A DNA stretch of 64,000 nt, taken from positions 158,038,001-158,102,000 of the forward strand of contig NC_091469.1 in the NCBI RefSeq assembly GCF_036971445.1, given 5' to 3'. The first letter of the stretch is position 1; each line of letters begins with the position of its first letter. Of the stretch, positions 1-13,327 are shown piece by piece. The position numbers and the translations under genes were made by a program. The stretch is from Narcine bancroftii. Lineage: Eukaryota. The notes under the pieces are model-generated. The model was not told the origin of the DNA and made no database searches. It saw only the letters and a program-made list of their open reading frames with translations.

Positions 1-74
1 AATCAGAGAGCATCAATGGCAGAGGGATTACTTAGAGTGATACATGAACGGGAAGGTTGAGAATCACTGATTTG

Positions 75-480
75 AATTAAGGTCCCACACAAAGGCTGCT
101 GAGCACGATGACAGCAGGTGGAATCAGGAGAAATGTATTAACAGGGATTGAGAATCTATTATTCAACAGGAAGCAGTAAGAAATGAATCGATCCCTCTTA
201 GGGTGACATACAGTGACCAACAGGTCGATGGCCAATCTCCAGCCAATCACAATCTGCGTCAGCGAAGTGGGTGATTGGGGACAACCGTCCTCGTTCCCAG
301 CTCATTGTTGAGACGAGTGGACAGGAGGATGTAAAGATGAATCATGGTGTTTGATGAGAGAGTGGATGGGAGCGATCCAGTGAAATGCGTAAGCTATCCA
401 AAGAGGTGAATTCACGAAAAGAAAATTCATTGTTAAATGGTGAGTGATTTGGGTGTTTCGATTTTCAAGGAACCCCATAT
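75..480 (+). mobile_element. Highly degraded CR1 LINE RT fragment
   Basis: From ~79 it reads KVPH-RLLS-MTAGGI...IENLLFNRKQ, matching the KVPHKRL...GI.GKVL.WIENWL..R.Q stretch of the CR1 RT at 13682-14647; many stops and indels. Confidence 0.45.
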
Positions 481-817
481 ATACTTGGTTATGTCACTAA
501 AGACAAACACACAGTCTTTTCTTAGTTCTTAGGCCATTTACCCCAGACAATTATGAAAAGATTTGATCGTATCTCAACTAAAGGTGTAATCGGTGTTGGG
601 GTGTGCTGTGAAGATTCACTCACTGCTTCTCTGAGATCAAGGAGGGATGGAGAATACTAGGACGAGTGCATAAAAAAAGAAAGTGAATCTCAATGAAACA
701 TTCAATATTTTTACAAGGCTCGAAAGAATGGACGGAAAGGTGAGAGGAAGGTTCCACCTGTTTAGAGTCCAGTACCTGGGGATAGATTAAGCGATTAGTT
801 CTGAGATTGGGAGGAAA

Positions 818-1700
818 TTCAAGATTCAATTTACTGTCATTGTAATATAAATGTCATATTATACAAAATTGCCTTTTGCCTGCTGTAAGGCAGACAGATT
901 CGCCATTGGCAGAAATTGTCTGAAGCGCCTCTTACAGTCAGAGAGAGCGAAGCAAAAAAGAGCTCCCCCCACAACCCAGAGTCACCGAGTGTCCATGGAT
1001 TCACCGCCAGTGCTTCCACAGCCACACAGAGTCCAATCCCAAACATTGGCCGTCCGAGCTCCAGATCTGAACCTCTGGCACGATCAGGAACTCTTCAGCG
1101 CCTTCGGCACCCTCTTGAATCCCAGTTCTGAGACCTGGCCCCACTTCAGCCAGTTTCGAGCCAGTCTCTAGCAGCCTGCAACCCGCAGCCTGGCGCGAGT
1201 CCCCTAACAGCAGTCTCTCCAGCAGCCCCCAGCCTCCGTGGGTTCCCCACCTCGAGTCGCCAGCAGCCCCCTGCATGCGTACCATTCGGCTGCAGAGCCC
1301 CCTCACTGGCCCATCACCTTGGTCACCGTCCCATGGGTCGTCTCCTCTGCTTCTCCTTCTCTGATGGGATGGTCTCCTTGTTTTCCGGTGACCTGTGCGA
1401 CCGCGGGGTCAGCACCCAAGATGGCGGTGCCTCTGGCTTCCCTGGAATCTGCAACTCCTCATGTCTGCTGCCAATCAGAGGTGGGGCCATCTTGGGTGCA
1501 CACACCATCTTCCCCGCGGTCGTGGGATTTTAAATAAAACCACTGTTGGCTCCTTTAATGGGCTGTTCAAAGGCCATGCTGAGCTGACGGCAGTTCACTG
1601 GGCGGTTGGAACCCATGGGAGCACTGTATCCGCACTTCTGGTTCCCTGGACCAGCGGCAGCTCCCTGTTACAGTGGCTCTGGCCGCGCCGCCATTTCCTC
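818..1700 (-). mobile_element. Probable non-autonomous LINE-derived interspersed repeat
   Basis: On the minus strand it starts GC-rich (GAAATGGCGGCGCGG) and ends ...ATGACAGTAAATTGAATCTTGAA, a Rex1/L2-like 3' tail; no credible protein. Confidence 0.35.
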
Positions 1701-1997
1701 TCCCCCCCCCTAAATTCTTTAGGCAATAGAGAAGCCTATTGTAATTCTTTGAAGAAACAGGCTAGATAAATGAGAAGTGGTGGATGTTGTGTATTTTCAG
1801 AAAGCCTTTGTAAAGGCTCTGCACAAGAGGCTACTTTAACAAGATAAGAGCCCACGGTAAAACAGGAAACGTATTAGCATAAGTGGAGCATTGGCTGATA
1901 GGCAGGAATCAGAGAGTCGGAATTCAGGGATCATATTCTGGTTGGCTGCTAGTTGCTTGTGTTCCACGGCGGTTGTTGGGGCCACTTCTGTTCATGC

Positions 1998-2315
1998 CGG
2001 CACGCTTGACGTAGAAGGTGGCTGTAGTTAGCGCAATGCCTTTACAGCGCCAGCGATCGGGACTGGGGTTCGAACTCTGCGCAGTCTGTAAGGAGTCTGT
2101 ATGTTCTCTCTGTGTCTGTGTGGAGTTTCCACGGGGGCCCCAGTTTCCTCCCACCGTTCGAAATGTACCAGGGGCTGTAGGTCAATGGGGTGTAAATCAG
2201 GCGGCAGGGACTCGTGGGTTGGAAGGGCCTGGTTGTAGGTCAATGGGGTGTAAATCGGATGGCATGGACTCATGGGCTGGAAGGGCCTGTTACCATGCTG
2301 TATGTTTAAAAAAAT
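1998..2315 (+). mobile_element. tRNA-derived SINE (V-SINE/HE1-like) with CR1-derived tail
   Basis: B-box GGTTCGAACTC at ~2067, V-domain-like core (GTCTGTATGTTCTCTCTGTGTCTGTGTGG...TTCCTCCCAC), tail GGGCTGGAAGGGCCTGTTACCATGCTGTAT plus A-tract; splits a CR1 RT frame. Confidence 0.75.
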
Positions 2316-2522
2316 TGTATATTAATGATTTGGATTATGGAATGAATAGCTTTGTGGCCAAGTTTGCAGATGATATGAAGGTAGTGTTGAGGAAACACAG
2401 AGGCTGCAGAAGAACGTGGACGTATTAGGAGAATGGCAAATGAAGTACAATGTCTGAATGTGTACGGATATGCACTTGGGTAGGACAAAAATAAATGGGC
2501 GGACTATTTTTTAAATGGGGAG

Positions 2523-3055
2523 TGTGAGAGATGAGTAAAACTAATATGAAAATATGAAAGATGAAGAAAACTAGTATGGATATATGTGTAATGAATAAAG
2601 CCAGTATGAATAAGATAAGGAGAGATAATAGATAATAGAATGTAGGAAGGTAAAGTTAGTCTGAATAAGATAAGAGTCTTCTAGCCTTAGATAGAATTAG
2701 CAAGTTCTGCATATAAGAAGTTAGTCAGCCCTGAGAGTCGTGAAGGTGTGAATAAGGACAATGACATGATGGGACACCGACAGGATACCCCCTGGTCCTC
2801 CAAGTTCACAGAAACAGGTCGTAGGCAGACAGGATTGCCTAATGCCAAACTCATCCAGGAGGCAGAAGAATGTAAGGGGGAGGGTACTTCTATACTGAAA
2901 TCAACTGTATAAAAGTTGGGTGAGCCCCAGTGTATGTGTGTGTGTATTCCCAGGGTAAGGGGAAGCACCCAACTTTGCATTGTTGTATAATAAATGTTCT
3001 TTGTTCTCAATTTTGGTCTCGAGCAATTTCTGTGAAGGTACTTCTGTTTCTCACA
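2523..3055 (+). mobile_element. Solo LTR of the HERV-I-like ERV family
   Basis: TGTGAGA...TCTCACA termini, 5-bp TSD GGGAG (2518-2522 / 3056-3060), TATAAAA and AATAAA; near-identical to the LTR at 37527-38054 that follows env and a polypurine tract (PPT). Confidence 0.9.
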
Positions 3056-4299
3056 GGGAGGATATTGTAATTACCCAGATTTCAGATTTATTGTCAGAGT
3101 ACATACATGTCATCACATACAACCCTGAGATTCCAAGTCCTCATGCAGGATAGCCTGAAGGCAAATGCAATGTTGGCCTTCATTTCATGAGGAATCAAAT
3201 GCAAGAGCAGGGATGTGATGTTGAGGTTTATAAGGCACTGGAGAGACCTCACGTGGAGGATTGTGAGCAGTTTTGGGCTCCTTGTTTAAGAAAGGATGTG
3301 CTGACGTTGGAGAGGATTCAGGGGAGGTTCACAAGGATGGTTCTGGAAATGAAAGGGTTATCACATAAGGAATATTTGACAGCTCTTGGCTTGTACTTGT
3401 TGGAATTTAGCAGACTTGGGGCGGGGGGGTCCTCATTGAAACATTTCAAATGTTGAAAGGCATGGACAGAGTAGATGTAGAAAGGTTGTTTCCCACAGTG
3501 GGAGAGTCTAGGACAAGAGGGCACAATTTCACGATTGAATGTTGTCCGCTTAGAACAGAGATATGGAGGAATTTCTTCAGCCAGAGGGTGGGAATCTGTG
3601 GAATTTGTTGCCACTGGTGGCTGTGGAGGCTAGGTCATTGGGTGCATTTAAGGCAGAGATTGATAGGTCCTTGAATAGCCAGGGCATCAAATAATATGGG
3701 GAGAAGGCCGGGCAGTGGGGCTGTGGGAAAATGGATCAGCTCATGACTAAATAGTGGGGCAGACTCGATGGGTTGAATAGGCTATTTCTGCTCCCATGTC
3801 TTATGGTCTTTAAACTGTAAAAGTGAGTGACACTTTGCCTGAGTCTGGTCTAACCTCTTTCACGTTCCCCTTTAGACATAGACCTTCTTCCCATTGTGAT
3901 TTTCTGCATTGCCAAACCAAGGTCTGTAATATCGCTGAAGAGACATGGGTATAAGTGATTGATGGAGAAAACAGGTGTGTTGGGGAAGTGATTCATCATG
4001 ACCACATTGGTAATTATGGGATCCTGCTGTGCAGAAATCGACTGCATTTTTTCTTTGTTCATTAAAAAGGTGATTAGGCTTCCGAATGGTTTATTGGCTG
4101 TTCAGCACATCACAATATCTTTCATGTTGATCAGCGCAAACCCTTCCTTCCATGCGCATACAGCACGTGTCCAGCAGAGGTCACTGTCCCTCAGTAAGGC
4201 AGGTCTCACCGAGACCATTTGGAAAACTACCAGCTCATCTTGAGTTGGGATCACCAAACATGTTCCAGGCCAAGTGCGGGGGGAGTCCTGATTTAAAAA

Positions 4300-4530
4300 A
4301 AAATGTTGTTAGAGATACAGCATGGTAACAGGCCCTTCCGGGCCATGAGCCACTGCCGCCCAAATACACCAAATTAACCTACAAATCCCGTTTGATTTAG
4401 GAGGGTGGGAGGAGATTGGAGCACCTGGGGAAAACCCATGCAGACACGGCATATGTAGACAGCGGCAAATTCGATCCTGGATCGCTGGCGCTGTAAGAGT
4501 GTTTCACTAACAGTAATGCCAATTGTGCTG
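4300..4530 (-). mobile_element. V-SINE-like SINE
   Basis: Reverse complement of the SINE at 1998-2315 (ATACAGCATGGTAACAGGCCCTTCC...GATCGCTGGCGCTGTAA). Confidence 0.7.
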
Positions 4531-4577
4531 TTAAATCTCCACAACCTCTCCTTCACAGATCTCTAGTTGACCCATCC

Positions 4578-6754
4578 ATAAGAGCAAAAGACATAGGAGC
4601 AGAATTAGGCCATTCGGCCCATTGAGCTTGCCCTGCCATTCCATCATGGCTAATTTACTATCCTTTACAACTCCATTCTCCTGCCTTCTCTCCACAACAT
4701 CCTGATCATGAACGTACCTACCTCTGCCCGAAATATCCTCAATTAATTGGTCTCCATGTCAGTAGCGATGAAGAGTATATAACTAAATCACCACCTTCCA
4801 GATAAAGAAATGCCTCCTCATCTCTATTCTAAGGGGACATTTTTGTATTCTGAGGCTGTGCCCTCTGTCCCAGACTCCCCCAGTACAGGAAACCTCCTCT
4901 CCACATCCACTCCATTCAGGCCTTTCAGTATTCGATAGGTTTAGAACCGTAGAACATTACAGCACAGAAACTGACCCCTTTTGCCCTTCTAGTCTGTACT
5001 GAACCATTTTTATGCTAGTCCCATGGACCTGTACCCAGTCCATAGCTCTCTCATCCATGTACCTGTCTAAATTATTTCAAATGTTAAAATTGAGTCCGTT
5101 TTCATCACACTTCAGCTGGCAACTTGTTCTAGAACTAAAGAACTTAACAGCACAGAAAAACAGGCCATTCAACCCTTCTGGTCTGTGCCACCCAGTAAAA
5201 CTAGCTAGTCCCACTGACCTGTTTTTATTCCATAACCCTCCAGATCCCTCCCATCCATGTATTTATCCAATTTATTTTTAGAATTCCAGATTAAATCTGA
5301 ATTCACTACATCAGATGGCAGCTCATTCTATACTCCTACTACTCTCTGAGTGGAAAATGTTTCCCTAATGTTCCCCTTATACCTCTCCCCTTTCAGACTA
5401 AAGCTAAGACATCTCGTATTTATCTCCCCAAATCTAAGTGGAAACATCTTACTGTTACGAGCCCAGAGGACCCCAAAACCCAGCAGCAATGGATATTCAC
5501 AAAGACAAATGGTTTCTTAAACAAAATTTGCTTTTAATTAACTTTCAACATGAAAGTAGAATCACATTTTAACTTAACTCTATTTATTTACTTAACCTAA
5601 CTTAACCCCCTTCTAATTCTAAGCGCACATGTATGTAATGTATGTGTAAGTTCAGAAAATTTCTTTGGTTCACATTCCAATCTCATTTCTCATTCCTCAC
5701 TGATTGCAGGCAATTTTTATACTGTGCACGGAATTTAACATGTATAAAGTTCACCAGGCTTTGGTGCCAGAAAGGTAAATGGTTACTGCTCAGGAAGGTT
5801 CTTGTTGGTTTTCAGAGAGTGAGATGCATTGTTCCAGGACATCCACAACTGAGGTACTTCCATCAGTCACTTCAGTGTCTTGCTGAGAAAACTTGCCCCT
5901 TCAGGGTTCTCCAGATGATAACCTCTTTCTTTTAGGTCACCACAGAGTTCCTTTTTGTTTCTTTTATTTCAAGTGAAACATTAGACAGCCAGTCCTCTCC
6001 TCTTGAACCACAAGGGCTTTGACCAGGCCGTCTTCCAAATGGGGCTTTCCACAAGCTGGCCAGCTTGTCCTGTTCCAGTCCCTGCTTCTGTTACTGGCTG
6101 TAACACTGTAAAAGTGATCTCTCACTCTCTTTCTTTCACTCTCTCACTCTCTCACTCTCTCTCTTTCTCTCTTACTCTCTCACTCTCTCACTCTCTCTCT
6201 CTCAGAGAAAGCCTGTTTGACTCTCTCTGCTTGCAAAACCACATGACCCTCTTAGAACATCATCAGACAGTCTGCGGCTCCAACAAGCTCTTTCATCTGT
6301 TGCCTTTTGTAAATAACAATCCATTAGTGAAGACTCTTGCAAAAGCTGTGGAGCTGATATGTCTACCATGGGGCAGAGCTCCAGTATTTTAAATAAGATC
6401 TGTTTTAAAGTCTTTGTATGTGTGTATGTGACATACTCTATCAAACATTTGCCAATTTATCTCCCAAAAACATATCTATATACTCTGTCACAATACTCAT
6501 GTCTATTCTGTCTAAACTCCTCATAGCCTTATAAATCTCTATCAAGTTTCACCTCATTCTTCTTCGCTCCAAGGAATAAATTCTGTTTAATCTTTCCCAG
6601 TAACCCAACTCCTGAAGACCCAGCAACATCTTAGTAAATCTCCGCTGCACTCTTTCAATCTTATTGATATATTTCCTGCTGCTGGGCACCCAGAATGCAC
6701 ACAATATTCTAAGTTTGGTCTAACCAATGACTTGAATAACTTCAACATAACATC
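4578..6754 (-). mobile_element. Several old CR1 3' fragments hosting the LTR at 5453 and the L1 at 6755
   Basis: Repeated CR1 3' UTR tails; LFKSLVRPNLEYCV within ORF 6587-6847; the sequence resumes after the L1 at 12543. Confidence 0.7.
5453..6492. mobile_element. Solo LTR (~1 kb, probably Gypsy)
   Basis: TGTTAC...GTCACA termini, imperfect 4-bp TSD TTAC/ATAC, internal CT-rich repeat (6119-6203); related copies at 17041-17712 and 24392-25114. Confidence 0.8.
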
Positions 6755-6889
6755 CCGAGGAGTCACGTGATGGAGTAGTGGCCGGTCAGGGAACACCAGC
6801 CCTCTCCGGAAAAGTTTAAAAAAAATACACAAAACACAAAGGTACAAGAATAAAAATTAAAACAAAGGAAAAGTAAAGGTGGGAAGAAA

Positions 6890-8130
6890 ATGGCAGCGAA
6901 GAAAGAAAAGTCGAAAGCAATGGGAAGAAGAGAAGAAGAAAGAACGTCGGAAGAAGAAGGTGAAGGCCTTACCTGTCCGAGGAGGCCCGCCGCAGAGAGA
7001 GAAGCCCACTCCCTAAGGACAGTGGAAGTCCCGAGCTCGGGACTACAAAAATGGCTCACGGAGCAAAGTAAAAGTGTGCAACCACGCATGTGTGAAGAGT
7101 CGCGCATGCGCGATGCGCATGAAAAAAAAAACACTGACAGGAGGGGGGAACAGCTGAGGAGTCGATCTCCACAGCTGAGAATGACAGCTACAACACAACA
7201 ACAGGAAGAGAACATAGAAAACAACGAGAATAAGAAAGAAGAGAGTAAAAAGAAAACAAGGAAACAACAGATGACCAACCCAGAGGAAGAAGAAGAAGAA
7301 CATAGAGAAATGGAAGAAGGGAAAGGCAAGACAATGGATATATTTTTTTAAATGAATATATAGAATCAGTAAAAGAATGGCAATTACAAGAATTTAGTGA
7401 AATAAAAAGAAGAATTAAAAGTGCAGAAGAAAAAATGAATAGAATAGAGATGGTAATGTCAGATATAGGAAAAAGAGTGGACAAGGTGGAAGAATGAGAA
7501 ACAGCCATAGAAATGGAAGTAGAGGACTTAAAAGAGAAATTAGAAGAATCTAATAAAAAAGTTAAAGAGACACAAGAGCTGTTAGCTCAGAAGATAGATA
7601 TAATGGAAAATTATAATAGAAGAAATAATATAAAGATAGTGGGCCTTAAGGAAGATGAAGAAGGCAAGAATATGAGAGAATTTATAAAAGATTGGATCCC
7701 CAGGGTCCTAGGAAGACCAGAATTACAGGAAGAAATGGAAATAGAAAGGGCACATAGAACATTAGCCCCTAAACCACAACCACAACAAAAACCAAGATCC
7801 ATTTTAGTAAAATTCTTAAGATATACAACAAGAGAAAATATATTGGAGAAAGCAATAAAGAAAATAAGAGAAGACAAAAAGCCACTGGAATACAAAGGTC
7901 AAAATTTTTTTTTCTATCCAGACATAAGTTTTGAACTCCTGAAGAAGAGAAAGGAGTTTAATACAGCAAAAACGATTCTATGGAAAAAAGGATATAAATT
8001 TATGTTAAAGTACCCAGCGGTACTTAAAATAGTTATTTCAAGGCAGCAAAACAGACTATTCTCGGATCCGGAGGAAGCACGAAAATTTGCAGAACAACTA
8101 CAAAACAGGCAGAGAGATGAAGACATGTAA
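6890..8130 (+). pseudogene. L1 ORF1p (coiled coil + RRM + CTD, Transposase_22-like), disrupted
   Basis: ENYNRRNNIKIVGLKE, IERAHR, PRSILVKF, FYPDIS, LKYPAVLKI motifs; frameshift near 7345 and TGA near 7495. Confidence 0.9.
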
Positions 8131-8580
8131 CGAGAGTAAAAATGACCACGAACTATATGTATGTGTGTATATGGGTATATATATGTATATATATATATAT
8201 ATAATAAGGGAAAGAAAGGGAAGAGAGGAAGTAAGGAGGGAATTAAAAGAGTGACCTTTGTGACATATGAAAAGTGAAATCTTTTCTGGGGGAGGCGGGG
8301 TGGGGGGAAATAGCGGTCACTGCAAAATCAGTTGACGCTTGCGAGTGAATTCGCAAATCCAAATGGAGAGGGGAGTTGTGGTTGCCCGACAAGGGATAAA
8401 GGGCAACTCAGAAAGGGGAGGGGATAATGGGGTTAAAGAAATTTTAGATAGGAGAATAAGGGAAATGTTTGATGTTTTAGAAATGTTGTCTTATAAAGTG
8501 TTCAAAACAAGAAAGCAGAAATGGATAAGAAGGAAAGGTGATGATGAGGAAACGGAAAGGAAAGATAAACAAAGTATGAA

Positions 8581-11500
8581 ATGGCTACGTTGAACTATAT
8601 GACTTTAAATATTAACGGAATACATAACCAAATCAAAAGGAAGAAACTGCTAAATTTACTGAAAAAAGAAAAAATTGATATAGCATTTGTGCAAGAAACA
8701 CATTTAACTGAAATGGAGCACAAGAAATTAAAGAGAGATTGGATAGGACATGTAACAGCAGTGTCATATAATTCAAAAGCCAGAGGAGTAGCTATATTAA
8801 TCAGTAAAAATGTACCAATTAAAATAGAAGAGGAAATAATAGATCCAGCAGGGAGATATGTAATGATAAAATGTCAGATATATTCGGAGTTTTGGAATTT
8901 ACTCAATGTATATTCACCTAACGATTAAGATGAAAAATTTATGCAAGATATTTTTTTGAAGATAGCAGACACGCAAGGGAACTAATAGGAGGGGATTTCA
9001 ACCTTAATTTGGATTCAAACATGGATAAAACTGGGAAAAAAAATTAATAGAAAGAACAAAGTAACCAAATTTATAATTAAATCGATGCAAGAAATGCAAC
9101 TTTTGGATATATGGAGGAAACAACACCCAAAGGAAAAGGAATATTCGTATTATTCGGGTAGACATAAAACATACTCAAGAATAGACCTATTTTTGTTATC
9201 AGCTCGTATGCAAGATAGAGTAAGAAAAACAGAATATAAAGCTAGAATATTATCGGACCACTCACCCCTGATATTGACAATAGAGTTAGAGGACATCCCT
9301 CCAAGAATGTATAGATGGAGATTAAACTCCATGCTACTTAAAAGACAGGATTTTAGAGAATTCATTGAGAGACAAATTAAAATGTACTTTGAAATAAATA
9401 CGGAATCAGTGAAAGATAAGTTTATACTATGGGATGCAATGAAAGCGTTCATTAGAGGGCAAAAAATAAGTTATGTAACCAAGATGAAGAAGGACTACAA
9501 TCAGGAAACAGAGCAGTTGGAAAGGGAAATAGTAAATATAGAAAAAGAATTAGCAATGAAGGAAGATACAACTAAAAGAAGAGAATTGGCAGATAAAAAA
9601 ATAAAATATGAAACACTACAAACATATAAGGTGGAGAAGAACATAATGAAGACAAAACAGAAATATTATGAACTAGGTGAAAAAACGCACAAAATCCTAG
9701 CATGGCAGCTTAAGACACAACAAGCTAAGAAAATGGTATTGACATCAAGGAAAAAAGACAAACAAATTACATATAATCCAAAGGAGATTAATGAAAACTT
9801 TAGAGAATTCTATGAACAATTATACCAAACTGAAAACGAAGGGAAAGAAGACAAAATAGATGAATTTTTAACTAAAATTGAACTACCAAAATTACAAATA
9901 GAGGAACAAAATAAATTAACAGAACCATTTGAAATAGTAGAAATACAAGAGATAATAAAAAAAACTACCAAATAATAAGACACCAGGAGAGGATGGATTC
10001 CCAAAAGAATTCTATAAAACATTTAAAGATTTATTAATTCCTCCCCTCCTGGAAGTAATCAACCAGATTGATAAAACACAAAGCTTACCAGATTCATGCA
10101 AAACAGCAATAATTACAGTAATACCAAAGACAGGGAAAGATCCACTCGTACCAGTGTCATATAGACCAATATCATTACTTAACACAGATTATAAGATAAT
10201 ATCTAAACTATTAGCAAACAGATTAGCAGAGTATGTACCTAAAATAGTAAATCTAGACCAAATTGGATTTATTAAAAAAAGACGAACAACAGACAATATT
10301 TGTAAATTTATTAATTTAATTCATGCAGTAGAAGGGAATAAAGCTCCAACAGTAGCAGTTGCTTTAGACGCAGAGAAGGCCTTTGACAGAGTAGAATGGA
10401 ATTATTTATTCAAAGTATTACAAAAATTCAGTTTAACTTAAGCAGATCAACAAGGCAGTGATGCCCACTATCACCCTTATTGTTCGCGTTAGCTATGGAA
10501 CCACTAGCAGAATTGATAAGAACAGAAAATAAAATAAAAGGGATAAAAATAAAAGACAAGGAATACAAAATCAATTTATTTGCAGATGACGTTATAGTAT
10601 ACTTAACAGAAGCAGAATTATCAATAAAAGAATTACATAAGAAATTGAAGGAATATGGAGAAGTGTCGGGTTACAAGATTAACGCAAATAAAAGTGAAGC
10701 AATGCAAATGAATAATGCGGATTTCACAAAGTTTAAGAAAGAATCGCCATTTAGATGGCAAACACAAGCAATGTGATACCTAGGTATACAACTAAATAAA
10801 AACCTCGACCATCTATATAAACTCAATTACCATCCATTAATGAAAAAATTACAAGATGACTTAGAGCATTGGAAAGACTTACCACTAACACTGATAGGAA
10901 GGATAAACTGTATTAAAATGAATATTTTCCCAAGGATACAATACCTATTTCAGTCATTACCAATACACCTAACAGAGAAATTCTTCAAGGAGTTAAAGAA
11001 AATAATAAGGAAATTTTTATGGAAAGGGGGGAAACCGAGGATAGCACTAGATAAATTAACAGAATGGTATAAACAAGGAGGCTTACAACTGCCAAACTTT
11101 AAAAATTATTATAGAGCCGCACAATTAAGATACCTATCAGATTTTTATCAAACAAGGGAAAAGCCAGATTGGACTAGATTAGAACTAGATAAAATAGGGG
11201 AGAAGATACTCGAACATATATTATATAAATGGGATGAAAAATTGGTATAACGTAGGAATTCTTCAGTATTACATAATCCGCTCAATATTTGGAAGAAGAT
11301 TCATGTAGAAAGGAATAAAACAAATTACCAATTATCAAAACTAATACTGACGCAAAATCAGCTAATCCCTTTTACAATAGATAACCTTTCCTTTAGAGAA
11401 TGGGAGAAAAAAGGGATCAAAAGAATAGAAAATTGCTTTTCAGGAAATAAATTATTATCCTTTGAACAAATATAATATAACTCATGATACAGTGTTGGCA

Positions 11501-12276
11501 TACTACCAACTGAGATCCTACTTGAAGGACAAATTAGGAAGCAGTCTGAGGTTACCAGAGGGAAGTAATTTTGAATATGTGATTACAATCACAATGATAA
11601 TCAAAAGATTTATAACAAATATGTATATTAAACTACAAGAAAAGGAGAATGAGGAAACAAATGGTAAAACTAAACAAAAATGGGAACAAGATTTAAACAT
11701 AAAGATAAAGAAGGAAACATGGAAGAAGTTAGTTCTGGAACGATGAGAAATACAATAAATACGAGGTTACGTATGATACAATATAACTGGATACACAGGC
11801 TATACATTACACCTCAAAAGTTAAATAAATGGGACCCAACAGTATCTGACAGATGTTTTCGTTGTAAAAAAGAAATGGGAACAACAATTCATGCAATCTG
11901 GACGTGTGAGAAAGTAGAAAAATTTTGGGAAGATCTAAACCAAATATTAAATAAAATTACAGAAAACAATATACCAAAGAATCCAGAGATCTTCCTCCTA
12001 AGTAACATAAAAAACAAAGAATTTGGACTTGATTTGGATGGTGCACAAAAAAGATTTGTTAGGATAGCCCTACCTGTAGCAAAAAAATGTATTATGTCAG
12101 CCTGGAAATTAGAAGATAACTTGAGAATACAACAATGGTATGTAGAAATGAATAAATGTATTCCATTAGAAAAAATAACATATAATTTAAGAAATAATAT
12201 TGCAATATTTGAACAAATATGGGAGCCTTACGTGAAACACAATAGAGAAAATCTACCGGGGTCATCTATCACCTAA
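8581..12276 (+). pseudogene. L1 ORF2p (APE endonuclease, RT, C-terminal Cys/His motif), disrupted
   Basis: NINGI, VQETH, YSRIDLF, SDHSP; YRPISLLNTDYK, LDAEKAFD, LFADD; CFRC..EMGT..HAIWTC. Several stops and frameshifts plus an RT deletion near 10434. Confidence 0.93.
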
Positions 12277-12542
12277 AATAACGAAAGGAGAAGGAAATGA
12301 AAAGAATTGACTCAGTGGAATTTCTTGTTTATTTTTATTGAGTGACAACATTGTTTGACTGGTTTAATGTATCTTAGATTCTGTACTTTAAATGAATAGG
12401 AGGGGAGGTAGGGAGGGTGGGATGGGAAGAGGGAGGGGGGGAGAAAACAACACTGTATATATTTGAAAAGGAAAATGTATGTATCTTGATCAATGTGGTT
12501 TATGGTGTGAAAAATAAAAAGTTAAAAAAAAAACATAACATC

Positions 12543-13232
12543 ACAACTTCTCTTTCAATACTTTGATTTATAAAGGCTAAGATGCCAAAAGCTTTCTTTA
12601 CTCATGTGACACTACCTTCAGGGAACAATATATATTTCTTCCCAGATCTCTTTGCTCCTCAATGGTCCACCATTTACTGTGTATGTCCTACCCCAATTTG
12701 CTCTTAGTGCAACACCTCACACTTATCTGCATTAAATTCCATCAACCATTTACTGGACCAATTTCCCAGGTCATTGATGAGATCCTCCCTCATTCTTCTG
12801 AACTCCAATGAGTACAATCCAGGAGGCTTCAGACGTTTGTTAAATGAAAACCCTTTCACTTCGGGGGTCGTCCTTGTATATCTCTTCTGGTTTCCTCTTC
12901 AATACCAACACCCACTTCTTTAGATATGGAAATCCCAAACTTCTCACAATACTCCACGTATTGATCATGACCAATGCCCTACAAAGCCTCAATGTCACAT
13001 TCCTGCTTTTATATCCTATCCCTTTTGAAATGAATGCTAGCATTCGACTTGCCTTCCTATGTAAGCTGGCATTCAGGGGGTCTTGCACGACGACCGTAAA
13101 GTTCTGCTGCAGCTCTGATGTCTGACCTCACTGCTTGATTAGAAAAGAGAATATGTCTTTATTCCTTCCACCAACATGATCGTGACCTTCTTATCGCTGT
13201 ACATCATCTGCCACTTCCTTACCCACTCTTCT
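12543..13232 (-). mobile_element. Old CR1 fragments
   Basis: Continuation of the CR1 split by the L1; KASRMLAFISKGIGYKSRNVTLRL within ORF 12840-13088. Confidence 0.7.
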
Positions 13233-13327
13233 AACATAGAAACATAGAAACATAGAAGATAGGAGCAGGTCATTCGACCCTTCGAGCCTGCTCCGCCATT
13301 CAACGAGATCATGGCTGACCTTAAAGT

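Larger units (their letters stand above)
1765..3812 (+). mobile_element. Fragmented CR1 LINE 3' half, interrupted by a SINE and a solo LTR
   Basis: LYINDLD...VAKFADD (2316-2375), YKALERPHVEDCEQFWAP.LRKDVL (3187-3456) and FPTVGESRTRGH (3450-3674), followed by a CR1-type 3' UTR. Confidence 0.85.
6755..12531 (+). mobile_element. Full-length L1-clade LINE, copy A (inactivated)
   Basis: 11-bp TSD AACATAACATC (6744-6754 / 12532-12542), ORF1 and ORF2 remnants, G-rich 3' UTR, AATAAA and poly(A). Confidence 0.95.

Noticed and set aside
620-1769. Cluster of overlapping 60-125 aa ORFs
   Set aside because: No domain motifs; expected by chance in a GC-rich repeat.
3980-4243. Possible leader exon or promoter for the receptor (GGGGAAGTG ETS-like site, ATG at 3998)
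   Set aside because: No convincing signal peptide ending in a phase-1 donor, and a single short motif is weak evidence.
6003-6392. 129-aa ORF with SLSLSH repeats
   Set aside because: Translation of a CT-rich microsatellite inside an LTR.
6763-7508. Hydrophobic minus-strand ORFs (also 53127-53808 on +)
   Set aside because: Antisense shadows of the A-rich L1 ORF1; the two copies do not share a conserved protein.
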